The position numbers and the translations under genes are program-made. From positions 9,459-73,458 of the forward strand of contig JBMOIG010000006.1 of NCBI GenBank assembly GCA_049317445.1: DNA of 64,000 bases, read 5' to 3'. Positions 8,832 to 17,559 of the stretch are shown here, piece by piece. The notes beneath the pieces are model-generated. The model saw only the letters and a program-made list of their open reading frames with translations, did no database searches and had not been told where the DNA came from. This stretch comes from Myxococcota bacterium. GTDB taxonomy: Bacteria > Myxococcota_A > UBA9042. Each line of letters starts with the position of its first letter. Position 1 is the stretch's first letter.

Positions 8832-9722
8832 TCAGCCCTGAGTCTCGTCATCGTTGGATGCGTCGAATCGCCGCTCGATACCGGCATAGACGTCGATTCG
8901 GCGGTCGCGGAAGAACGGCCAGATGTTGCGGACCTCAGCCTGACGGTCGCGGTCGCAGTGCACGATCTGCAGCTCGGCGTGGGTCTGCGAGGCGTCCACG
9001 AGCCACTCGCCCAGCGGGCCGACCGCGAAGCTGTGGCCCCAAAAATCGATACCGCCCTCGCGCCCGACTCGATTGACGGCCGCGATGAACACCCCGTTGG
9101 CGATCGCGTGACCACGCTGGACGGTCTGCCAAGCGTCCAGCTGCCGGGCGTGCTCTTCCACAGGCTCGCTGTCGATGGTGCCGATGGCGGTGGGGTAGAC
9201 GACCACCTCGGCACCCTGAAGCGCCAGTAACCTCGCGACTTCCGGGTACCACTGGTCCCAGCAGACCAGCACCCCCACCTTGCCAAAGCGCGTCTTGAAC
9301 ACCTGCGGCGGCAAGTCACCGGGAGTGAAGTAGAATTTCTCAGCGTACAGGGGGTCCTGGGGAATGTGCAGCTTGCGGTACTTGCCCAGCAGCGTGCCGT
9401 CTGCGTCCAGCACGACCGCGGTGTTGAAGTACACGCCCACGCCGGCGCGCTCGAACAAGGAACCGACGACCACCACGCCACACTCGGCAGCGACTTGTCC
9501 CAAGCGACGCGTGCCGGGACCGGGGATCGGCTCCGCAAGGGCGAAGTGCTTGGTCTCCATCTCCTGGCAGAAGTACGGCGAGCGGAACAGTTCGGGCAGA
9601 ACGCAGATCTGCGCGCCCTTGGCTGCTGCCTCGCGAATGGCGCGAACGCCGTCTTCGAGCCGATCGCCGCCGTCGGCGTTGGCACGCAACTGCAACAAAC
9701 CCAAAGTGAACGACGCAGCCAT
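8832..9722 (-). CDS. aguB: N-carbamoylputrescine amidase (CN-hydrolase)
   Basis: ATG at 9722 (MAASFTLGLLQL...). Glu-Lys-Cys triad contexts ICVLPELF, GKYRKLHIP and VLVCWDQWYPE. Directly upstream of aguA on the same strand. Confidence 0.85.
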   Translation of the reverse strand: MAASFTLGLLQLRANADGGDRLEDGVRAIREAAAKGAQICVLPELFRSPYFCQEMETKHFALAEPIPGPGTRRLGQVAAECGVVVVGSLFERAGVGVYFNTAVVLDADGTLLGKYRKLHIPQDPLYAEKFYFTPGDLPPQVFKTRFGKVGVLVCWDQWYPEVARLLALQGAEVVVYPTAIGTIDSEPVEEHARQLDAWQTVQRGHAIANGVFIAAVNRVGREGGIDFWGHSFAVGPLGEWLVDASQTHAELQIVHCDRDRQAEVRNIWPFFRDRRIDVYAGIERRFDASNDDETQG

Positions 9723-9893
9723 CGGACGTCCTCGCGCTCGCAGGGGCAGCCATAGGGTGGGGAGCGGACCGGGCGACATAGCCGTTCCCGGCCGGGCGCG
9801 TCAAATGGCGCAGACGCAGAGGCTCGCCAAGCAACGCTTGCTCCCGACCCGCAAGGTGCGCGATCCTGTCCTGCATTCCCCGAGGAGGTTCCG

Positions 9894-11387
9894 TTGTCCG
9901 CTCCCGTCGCACCCGCCGCCTTTCCGTCCTTGCGCATCGCTCGCGACACCCTGACCCCACTTGGGCCGTTCGCAGAAGCGCAGGCGGCGTTCCTTCAACC
10001 CGATGCCCTCGCCGTGCAGCGGCTGGACGATCTGCTGCACGACAGGAATGTCGGCGTGGTCGCGCACTTCTACATGGACCCGGAGCTTCAAGGCGTTCTG
10101 TCGGCCTGCAAGTGGCCACACATCCACATCTCCGACTCGCTGGTGATGGCGGACCGCGCAGTCGATATGGCCAAGGCAGGCGTGCAGGCGATCTGCGTCG
10201 CTGGCGTGGACTTCATGGCCGAGAACGTCCGCGCCGTACTGGATCATGCGGGATTCGCTGCCTTACCGGTCTACCGTCTGGCGGCGGGCGAGATCGGCTG
10301 TTCGCTGGCCGCATCGGCAGAAGCACCTGCGTATGCCGCATTTCTACGTCAGGCCGCACAGACGTCGAATTCGCTTCATGTCATCTACATCAACACCAGC
10401 CTGCGGGTGAAGGCGCACGCGCACCGGCTTGTCCCCACGATCACCTGTACGTCGTCGAACGTGGTTCGCACGATCCTGCAAGCGACCTCGCAAGTCCCGG
10501 ACCTGCACATTTGGTTCGGCCCCGACACGTACATGGGCGAGAACCTGCGCCACCTGTTCACCGCCTACGCGCAGCTGCCGGACGACCGCATCCACGCGCT
10601 GCACCCGGCCCACGATCAGGCTTCGATCCGGGGGCTGCTGCAACGGTTCCACGCGTTCCAACAGGGCAACTGCATCGTGCATCAGCTGTTCGGCCCCGCC
10701 GTGGCCCAGGCGGTGCGCGAGCGACACTCCGACGCCTTGATCACGGCCCATCTGGAGGTGCCGGGCGAGCTGTTTGCACTGGCGAGTCAGGCGGCTGTCG
10801 AAGGCAGGGGCGTCGTCGGCTCGACGTCCGACATCCTCAGCTGCATCTTGGACCACGTGAAGGCGGCCTTGCGCCAACCTGGACCGGCGCGAATTCCCGT
10901 CGTTCTGGGGACGGAAGCCGGCTTGATGACCTCGATCGTCCTGGGCGTGCAGGCGGTGCTGCGGGCGAGTGGCCGGGATGATGTCACGGTCGAGATCCTG
11001 TTTCCGGTGGCTGCTGAAGCTGCAACCGCCGATGCCGACTCTCCGCTTGGCGTGATTCCGGGTGCCTCCAACGGAGAAGGGTGCTCGACGGCAGGCGGCT
11101 GCGCGACCTGCCCGTACATGCGCATGAATCACTTGGACGGGCTGCTGGACGCGCTGCAGCTGGTCGGGACACCGAGCGTGGCACTCGAGGCGCTGCGACC
11201 CCGCATGGACCCGCGTCGCGTGACTGGCCAGACGGTGGCGCAGCTTGGGTCGGTGCCGATCCTGCACATGCGCGACTTCCAGCGCAGCGGTCGCTTGAGC
11301 GACGTGCTGGTGACCGAAGTGACCGGGCGGACGCCGTTGCGCATGTCTCTGGAAGACCTGGCGTCCTGGCCAATGCGACGGGCTTGA
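9894..11387 (+). CDS. nadA: Quinolinate synthase, long form
   Basis: TTG start with GAGGAGG about 7 nt upstream. Motifs MAENV, YINTSLRVKA, CTSSNV, GPDTYMG, CIVHQLF, HLEVPGE, VGSTSDIL and LGTEAGL. Cys-rich segment GCSTAGGCATCPYMRMN. Confidence 0.9.
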   Translation: MSAPVAPAAFPSLRIARDTLTPLGPFAEAQAAFLQPDALAVQRLDDLLHDRNVGVVAHFYMDPELQGVLSACKWPHIHISDSLVMADRAVDMAKAGVQAICVAGVDFMAENVRAVLDHAGFAALPVYRLAAGEIGCSLAASAEAPAYAAFLRQAAQTSNSLHVIYINTSLRVKAHAHRLVPTITCTSSNVVRTILQATSQVPDLHIWFGPDTYMGENLRHLFTAYAQLPDDRIHALHPAHDQASIRGLLQRFHAFQQGNCIVHQLFGPAVAQAVRERHSDALITAHLEVPGELFALASQAAVEGRGVVGSTSDILSCILDHVKAALRQPGPARIPVVLGTEAGLMTSIVLGVQAVLRASGRDDVTVEILFPVAAEAATADADSPLGVIPGASNGEGCSTAGGCATCPYMRMNHLDGLLDALQLVGTPSVALEALRPRMDPRRVTGQTVAQLGSVPILHMRDFQRSGRLSDVLVTEVTGRTPLRMSLEDLASWPMRRA

Positions 11388-11449
11388 CCCGCACCCAGCC
11401 GTTCGCTGCTTGACGACCGGGGGCGGGTGGTCCCAGTCTAGCCCTCACC

Positions 11450-13165
11450 ATGTCGGAAGCCCGCCCGCCGCCCCCCCCCGACAACTCGCCCGCCGCTGGC
11501 CTGGACGCCACCCGTCCGCTCGGCGGTCGGCCGCCCCCTCGCGCTGTCACCCGTCTGGAGTGGACCGCCGGCAAGCCCCTGAGCGGCCGCTACGTGATGG
11601 TCGACAAACTGGGCGAGGGCGGCATGGGCACCGTCTACCTGGTCGAGGACCTGTTGTTGCGCCGACGGGTCGCGCTGAAGACCCTGTTTGCGGAAGACGC
11701 CTTTGAGCCCGAGGACATCGAGCGTTTTCGCAAGGAAGTTGCGCTCGCCCACAGCATCAACCACCCCAACATCGCGCGGACCTACGACCTCGGTGAGGAA
11801 GGGGGCGTCCACTTCCTGAGCATGGAGCACCTGCGGGGCGAGACGCTGATGGCGCGCATCCGGCGCGGTCCCGTGCTGACCTCCAAAGAGGTGCGCGAGG
11901 TCGCTGTACCCCTGTGCCGAGGCCTGGCGGCCGCTCACCGGTCGGGCGTCGTCCACCGCGACCTGAAGCCCGCGAACGTGATGCTGGTGCCCGACTCACG
12001 CAAAGCCGTGATCATGGACTTCGGCATCGCCCGGTCGATGGGCGAGGCGATGGGCGATGAGGTGACACTGTCCCGGCCGCGCGTCGGGGCGACGGTTTGG
12101 GACGTGACCTCGGCCGGTCTGGGCACCCCCGCGTACATGGCGCCGGAGCAGTGGGACTCTGCCAGCGGCGATCAGCGCACCGACATCTACGCTCTGGGCG
12201 TGATCCTGTTTGTCTGCTTGACCGGACAGGCGCCGTATGCCGCTGACACGCCTACGGAATTGGGTGACCGCCACCGCCAGTCACCGGTGCCCGACGTGCA
12301 CGCATTGGCAGCGGGCGTCGACCGCGATCTGGCAGCGCTGATCCGCAAGTGTCTGGCCAAGCGCCCGGAGGACCGGCCGCAGTCGGTCGACGAGCTGCTG
12401 GAACTGCTGGAGCGGGGCGAGCGGCGCAAGCGATTCGCGTTGCAGTTGTCCACGGTTCTGTTGTCCAGTGCAGCGGTCCTCAGCTTGCTGGGGTGGTCCG
12501 TCTATGCGGTTGCTGAACAGGCGGTGCTGCAGGAGATGCGTCCGGCGCTGTCCAGACTCGCGGAGCTGGTGGCGCAGGACATCGACCCCGCCGACATGGA
12601 TCGGGTCCGGACTTCCGCCGACATCGACACCGCACCGTTTCGGCGGGTTCACGCCATCATGGAGCGATACCACAGGGAAAACCCTGAGATCCGTTACTTC
12701 TACACGATGCGGCCGGGGGCCTCTCGCGGGCTCTACCACTACGTCGTCGACGAGCAGCCGCGCGACCGGGACCTGAATGGCGACGGACAGATCCGCAACA
12801 CCGCGAAGTTCTTCGAGGAGGGCACGCCCCCCGGTGAGTTTTACGACGGGCGCGACATGCCCGCGATGGCCGCGACAGTGGACACGGGGCGACCGCATAC
12901 GGATCAAGACTTCGCGCGAGACGGCTTGGAGATCACGCTGTCGGGGTACGCTGCGGTGCCGATTGGGGAAAAGCCGGCGCGGTACTTCGTCGCAGTGGAC
13001 GTCACCAACGACCAGTTGTCGCGGCTGCGGCTCGCACTGACGGGGTTGTTGGGACTCGCGGAGCTTGGCCTCTGCATCGCGTTCTCGTTCCTGCTGGCCC
13101 CCGGTCGCCAGCACCGCCGCGCCCTTGCTGCTTGGGCCCGCAATCGCGCGCAACCGCACACCTGA
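11450..13165 (+). CDS. Ser/Thr protein kinase with two-TM-flanked periplasmic Cache-like sensor domain
   Basis: Kinase motifs GEGGMGTVY, VALK, HRDLKPANVML, DFGIAR and GTPAYMAPEQ. TM1 LQLSTVLLSSAAVLSLLGWSVYAV, an extracytoplasmic domain of about 175 aa, then TM2 LTGLLGLAELGLCIAFSFLLAP and a short tail. Confidence 0.9.
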   Translation: MSEARPPPPPDNSPAAGLDATRPLGGRPPPRAVTRLEWTAGKPLSGRYVMVDKLGEGGMGTVYLVEDLLLRRRVALKTLFAEDAFEPEDIERFRKEVALAHSINHPNIARTYDLGEEGGVHFLSMEHLRGETLMARIRRGPVLTSKEVREVAVPLCRGLAAAHRSGVVHRDLKPANVMLVPDSRKAVIMDFGIARSMGEAMGDEVTLSRPRVGATVWDVTSAGLGTPAYMAPEQWDSASGDQRTDIYALGVILFVCLTGQAPYAADTPTELGDRHRQSPVPDVHALAAGVDRDLAALIRKCLAKRPEDRPQSVDELLELLERGERRKRFALQLSTVLLSSAAVLSLLGWSVYAVAEQAVLQEMRPALSRLAELVAQDIDPADMDRVRTSADIDTAPFRRVHAIMERYHRENPEIRYFYTMRPGASRGLYHYVVDEQPRDRDLNGDGQIRNTAKFFEEGTPPGEFYDGRDMPAMAATVDTGRPHTDQDFARDGLEITLSGYAAVPIGEKPARYFVAVDVTNDQLSRLRLALTGLLGLAELGLCIAFSFLLAPGRQHRRALAAWARNRAQPHT

Positions 13166-13186
13166 CACCCTGAGGAACACCGCGGC

Positions 13187-14848
13187 ATGGCCCACGACCC
13201 CGCCACTCCCAACCACGCGCCCGGTGCCCTCCCGTCGCCGCCAGCGGGACCCGCGCCGCGACCAAGACCACGCCCGCCAGTGCGCTCGATCGATTGGACG
13301 ACCGGGCGCTTGCTGAACGGCCGGTACCGGATGGTCCGCAAGCTGGGCGCAGGCGGCATGGGCGCCGTCTACCTGTGCGACGATGTGTTGCTGCGGCGAC
13401 GAGTTGCGCTGAAGACCCTGTTCTCGAACACGCAACTGGATGAGGAGGATCTGGACCGGTTTCGCCGCGAAGTCTCGATCGCCCATGCCGTCAACCATCC
13501 CAACATCGCGCGCACCTACGACCTGGGCGAGTCGGCCGGCATCCACTACCTGACGATGGAGTTCCTGGAGGGGCGGACGCTGGTTGATCGCCTGCGCGAA
13601 GGCGCTGCCATGACCTCCGCAGAGGTGCGCGAGATCGCGATCCCGCTGTGTCAGGGCCTGCGAGCTGCCCACCGCGCCGGAGTCGTGCACCGCGACCTCA
13701 AGCCAGCGAACGTGATGCTGGTGAACGACGACCGCAAGGCCGTCATCATGGACTTTGGCATCGCGCGCGCCGGGGACGATGACGAGCAGCACGGGCCCCG
13801 GGCACCTCTGGAACAGAACGCCACAATTCCGTGGGAAGTGACCTCGGCAGGTCGCGGGACGCCGACCTACATGGCCCCAGAGCAGTGGGACGACGAGAGC
13901 GGCGATGCCCGGACCGACATGTACGCGTTGGGGGTCATCCTGTTCGTGTGCCTGACGCGCCGTGCCCCGTACCGCGCGGAAAGTGCCGAAGCGCTGGCGA
14001 TGCTGCACAAGAACGCACCGATCCCGGACGTTGCGGCGTTGGTGCCCGGCGTCGACCGGGACCTGGCCAAGCTGATCCGGCACTGTCTTGCCAAGCGACC
14101 GCAGGACCGCCCGGACAGCGTGGACGCCGTGCTGAACGAGCTGCAACGGGGAGCCCGTCGCCGCAAGCAAGTCCTTTCACTGGCAGGGATTTCGCTGGCA
14201 CTCGCAGGGCTGCTGCTGTTGACCGGACTGGGCCTGTGGACGATGGCGAAGTCAGCCGTCATGCAGGAGATGCGCCCCTCGCAGGCGCGTCTGGCAGAGG
14301 TGATCGCGCTGCAGATGGATGCGCGCGCCTTGGACGAGGTCAACCGCACCAAGGCCATCGACTCACCAGCCTTCGTACGCGCTCACCGGGTGCTCGAACG
14401 CTACAAGGACTCGAATCCTGAGCTGTTGTCGTTGTACGTGATGCGCTCGACCTCGCACGACAACCAATACGAGATCGTCGTCGACCTGTTGCCCAAGGAC
14501 CGCGACCTGAACGGCGACGGCGTGATCAGTCAGGACGAACAAGGTTCCGCGCCAGGGCGGCGCTATGACGGTAGTGGCACACCCGCGATGGCTGAGGTGT
14601 TGCGGACCGGTAGGGCGGGGTCCGACACGGACTTCGTCGCGGACGACTGGGGCCTATCGCTTTCGGGCTACTCACCGGTGGTCGAGGACGGCCGAACGAC
14701 CGCGTACTTCGTCGGCGTCGATGCCCGCAACGACCAACTGGAGCGGCTGCGGGTGCGTCTGGCGGTGCTGTTCAGCGTGGTCTGGCTGTTGGGTACGGTC
14801 AGCTTCACCATCGCGCGTCTCGTCATGGATCGGCGCGCGCAAGCGTGA
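13187..14848 (+). CDS. Ser/Thr protein kinase, tandem paralogue of the preceding gene
   Basis: ATG 13187 with GAGGA upstream. Same motifs (HRDLKPANVML, DFGIAR, GTPTYMAPEQ) and same architecture (TM, sensor of about 175 aa, TM). Alignable with the upstream kinase over its full length. Confidence 0.9.
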   Translation: MAHDPATPNHAPGALPSPPAGPAPRPRPRPPVRSIDWTTGRLLNGRYRMVRKLGAGGMGAVYLCDDVLLRRRVALKTLFSNTQLDEEDLDRFRREVSIAHAVNHPNIARTYDLGESAGIHYLTMEFLEGRTLVDRLREGAAMTSAEVREIAIPLCQGLRAAHRAGVVHRDLKPANVMLVNDDRKAVIMDFGIARAGDDDEQHGPRAPLEQNATIPWEVTSAGRGTPTYMAPEQWDDESGDARTDMYALGVILFVCLTRRAPYRAESAEALAMLHKNAPIPDVAALVPGVDRDLAKLIRHCLAKRPQDRPDSVDAVLNELQRGARRRKQVLSLAGISLALAGLLLLTGLGLWTMAKSAVMQEMRPSQARLAEVIALQMDARALDEVNRTKAIDSPAFVRAHRVLERYKDSNPELLSLYVMRSTSHDNQYEIVVDLLPKDRDLNGDGVISQDEQGSAPGRRYDGSGTPAMAEVLRTGRAGSDTDFVADDWGLSLSGYSPVVEDGRTTAYFVGVDARNDQLERLRVRLAVLFSVVWLLGTVSFTIARLVMDRRAQA

Positions 14849-14872
14849 GCAGCCGGGACAGAGAAGCGCTCG

Positions 14873-15250
14873 TCACGCTTGGGCAGTTCGCTCGGCCTCG
14901 CACGCCGCACACGGACAAATCACGCGCAGGTAGCGGTACGAGTACAAACCGGCGTCGTGGCCATCGCCCCACTTGAAGCGGATGGCGTACTGACCGACGG
15001 GCTCGACGGACTGCACCTCAGAGGACGGTTCCGTCCTTCCCGCACGCCGCGCGTCCTTCACCAGCGTTGTCGGTGGCCCATGGGTGCCTTTGCAGGTCGC
15101 ACAGGGGCAGCGGGAGCGCAGGAAGGCGAGGTCAAACGTGCTCTCATGGCTGTCGTCCCAAGTGATGCCGACGGAGCCGTCTGTGTTCCAGCGGAGGTCC
15201 ACGGGCTCGACGGTGTCAAAGGGGCTCGGCTGCATCCTGGGTTGCCTCAT
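14873..15250 (-). CDS. DUF971 (gamma-butyrobetaine hydroxylase N-terminal-like) protein
   Basis: 125 aa. Contains GITWDDSHESTFDLAFLRSRCPCATCKG and a second ...RVICPCAACE, the paired CPCA-x-C pattern typical of DUF971. Confidence 0.7.
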   Translation of the reverse strand: MRQPRMQPSPFDTVEPVDLRWNTDGSVGITWDDSHESTFDLAFLRSRCPCATCKGTHGPPTTLVKDARRAGRTEPSSEVQSVEPVGQYAIRFKWGDGHDAGLYSYRYLRVICPCAACEAERTAQA

Positions 15251-15414
15251 GGTGCTGCGTCAGGCGACGGTTCCAACTGCAGCGTGCGCAAGCAGGCGGG
15301 CTGCGTCAAGGCAGAGGGCCCAATGACCGGCTTGCCAAGCGACCGCGGATCCTTCGATGCTCCCGCCGGTATGGCGAAACCGCCGCTCCACCACCCGGAC
15401 GGCGAGGAGGCTAC

Positions 15415-16413
15415 ATGGCCCCGCAGCAAGCGACAGTGCTGGCAGGTGACATCGGCGGCACGAAGACTCATCTGGCACTTTACCGATCGATTTCTAATCG
15501 TTCAGAACTTCTACGGGATCACGTATTCCCCAGCCGCGACTTTCAGGCGCTGGAGGATGTCATCGCTTCGTTTCTGGGAGCGGGGCAAACGGTCGATGCC
15601 GCTGCGTTCGGCATCGCCGGGCCGGTGGTGGACGGTCGCGTGACGACGACCAACCTGCCGTGGATCGTGAGTCCCGAGGGCGTCGGAGCGGCCTGCGGCA
15701 CCTCGCGCGTGGCGCTGCTGAACGACCTCGAGTCGACGGCACTTGGGGCATTGGACCTGCCGGCCGACCGGTTTCGCGTGCTGCAGCCTGGCGTTCGCCG
15801 CCCCGGACACATCGCCGTCATCGCGGCCGGAACGGGGTTGGGTCAGGCCTTCCTGTTCTGGGACGGCCAGCGCTTCCGCCCGGCTGCGACAGAGGGTGGG
15901 CACGCCGACTTCGCGCCGACAACGCCAGAGGACGAGCGACTGCTGGCGTTTGTCCGCCGTCAGTTCGGCCACGTGTCGTGGGAGCGGCTGGTGTCAGGCC
16001 CAGGCCTGAATGTGATTTTTCGCTGTCTGGTCGAGGAGTTGGGGCATCCGGTGGCGCCGTCCGTGCTGGCGCGACTGCCAGGAGCCGACCCTGGCACCGT
16101 CATCGGTCAGGCGGCGTTGACCGGCGAGTGCGTCACGTGCACCGCGGCGGTCGACTGGTTTGTGCGGCTCTACGGCACCCAAGCCGGCAACCTCGCGCTG
16201 ACGGTGATGTCGTTTGGCGGCGTCTGGCTGGGCGGCGGGATCGTCGCGAAGCTGTTGCCCCGCTTTGTCCACGGGCCGTTTCTGCAGGCCTTCGCCGCCA
16301 AGGGTCGTTACCAAGGATTGCTGCGCCAGATCCCCGTGCACGCCATCCTCGAGCCCCAGACATCGTTGTTCGGTGCACGGCGTGCGGCGCTGGAGTTGCT
16401 GCGGTCTGCGTGA
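15415..16413 (+). CDS. glk: Glucokinase
   Basis: GAGGAGG RBS. AGDIGGTKTHLAL phosphate-binding loop, LLNDLES and ATEGGHADFAP. 332 aa. Confidence 0.85.
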   Translation: MAPQQATVLAGDIGGTKTHLALYRSISNRSELLRDHVFPSRDFQALEDVIASFLGAGQTVDAAAFGIAGPVVDGRVTTTNLPWIVSPEGVGAACGTSRVALLNDLESTALGALDLPADRFRVLQPGVRRPGHIAVIAAGTGLGQAFLFWDGQRFRPAATEGGHADFAPTTPEDERLLAFVRRQFGHVSWERLVSGPGLNVIFRCLVEELGHPVAPSVLARLPGADPGTVIGQAALTGECVTCTAAVDWFVRLYGTQAGNLALTVMSFGGVWLGGGIVAKLLPRFVHGPFLQAFAAKGRYQGLLRQIPVHAILEPQTSLFGARRAALELLRSA

Positions 16414-16431
16414 CGAAACACAACGCCTGAC

Positions 16432-17142
16432 CTACCCGAGCGGCGTGTGGCGAGGCGGCAAGGCCCACTGGATCGGCGGCTCGCCCCTGGCTTGCAAGTG
16501 GCTGTTGATCTTCGAGAAGTGGTCGCAGCCCGTGAAGCCCCAGACCGACTTCGGCGACGGATGGGCGGCCTTGAGCACCAGATGCCTGCTGCGGTCGACG
16601 ACCTCGGCCTTGGTGGCGGCGGGCCCTCCCCACAACGCAAACACCAACCCATCACGGCGGCGGTTGAGCTCGAGGATCACCCGGTCCGTGAATGTCTCCC
16701 AGCCGTGGTGGGCGTGCGACAGCGGCGTGCCCGCGCGGACCGTCAGGATGGAATTCAGCAACAGCACGCCCTGACGCGCCCACGACACCAGGCACCCGTG
16801 GTCGGGCGGCGGAATCCCCAAGTCCCGCTCGATCTCCTTGAACACGTTGACCAAAGACGGCGGCGGCCGCACGTCGGGCCGCACCGAAAAGCACAGCCCG
16901 TGCGCCTGACCGGGTCCGATGTACGGGTCCTGACCCAAGATCACGACCCGGACTTTGTCGAAGGGCGTCAGCCAGAACGCCTGAAAGATCTCGTTTCCGG
17001 GTGGGTAGACGTCGTGCAACCGCTTCTCTTCCGCCAGAAACGCCCGTAGGTCCTGCATGTAGGGTTGTTCGAAAGCGTCACCCAGCACCGACAGCCACGA
17101 CGGTTCCAGGTTCGGGGTTCGCGGGGTCGTCGACGGGGTCAT
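16432..17142 (-). CDS. ung: Uracil-DNA glycosylase (family 1)
   Basis: ATG at 17142 with GGGAGG upstream. VVILGQDPYIGPGQAHGLCFSV and HPSPKS motifs. The longer ORF to 17376 is an unsupported N-terminal extension. Confidence 0.9.
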   Translation of the reverse strand: MTPSTTPRTPNLEPSWLSVLGDAFEQPYMQDLRAFLAEEKRLHDVYPPGNEIFQAFWLTPFDKVRVVILGQDPYIGPGQAHGLCFSVRPDVRPPPSLVNVFKEIERDLGIPPPDHGCLVSWARQGVLLLNSILTVRAGTPLSHAHHGWETFTDRVILELNRRRDGLVFALWGGPAATKAEVVDRSRHLVLKAAHPSPKSVWGFTGCDHFSKINSHLQARGEPPIQWALPPRHTPLG

Positions 17143-17237
17143 GGTGGCCTCCCGATGCGTGCGTTCCGCGGATTCTGCCACAAGTCTGGTGCGATGGGGG
17201 GGCAGGTACGTCGAAAGCGGGCAAGCGCGCGGTGCGA

Positions 17238-17280
17238 GCGGCGTCGGCCAGCCTGAAGAGGGGGCCCCGGCCGACGCCGC
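17238..17280. repeat. Perfect 12-bp inverted repeat (stem-loop) in a 417-nt divergent intergenic region
   Basis: GCGGCGTCGGCC (17238-17249), a 19-nt loop containing GGGGCCCC, then GGCCGACGCCGC (17269-17280). Read directly from the sequence. Function unknown. Confidence 0.5.
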
Positions 17281-17559
17281 ACCGCATGGCACCGCGCGGC
17301 GGCCGGCGATCCTGCATGTGCACCCTGGGCTGGGCTGGTGCACGCACACATCATCGCCGGCCTTGCCGCGCGGCATCGCTGAACCGCCCCCGGGTCATGG
17401 CACCCGCAGCGGATGGGGCGCAGCCGGCTCGGAAGCTGCGACCTTTGTGCAACCCGCCGCCTCGCACTCCATTCCCTCCCTGCGGCACTTTCTTCTTGCG
17501 CCCCCTTTGGGCAGCATCGGCCATCGAATGGCGAACGGAATCGCTCGACCGAGGTGAGG

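Noticed and set aside
9723-9893. Possible NAD+ (nadA-motif) riboswitch in the nadA leader.
   Set aside because: I see only a small AGCAA-CGC-TTGCT hairpin and no tandem-domain structure. That motif class is known mainly from Acidobacteria, and I cannot support it without a covariance-model scan.
12281-14170. 629-aa minus-strand ORF spanning both kinase genes.
   Set aside because: It lies antisense to two genes with unmistakable kinase motifs. It is R/G/A/P-rich with no motifs and crosses the intergenic gap between them. This is a typical high-GC shadow ORF.
16432-17376. Long N-terminal extension of ung (ORF track start 17376).
   Set aside because: The conserved Ung sequence begins shortly after ATG 17142, which has a GGGAGG RBS. 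The extension is Cys/Pro/Arg-rich non-coding-like sequence.
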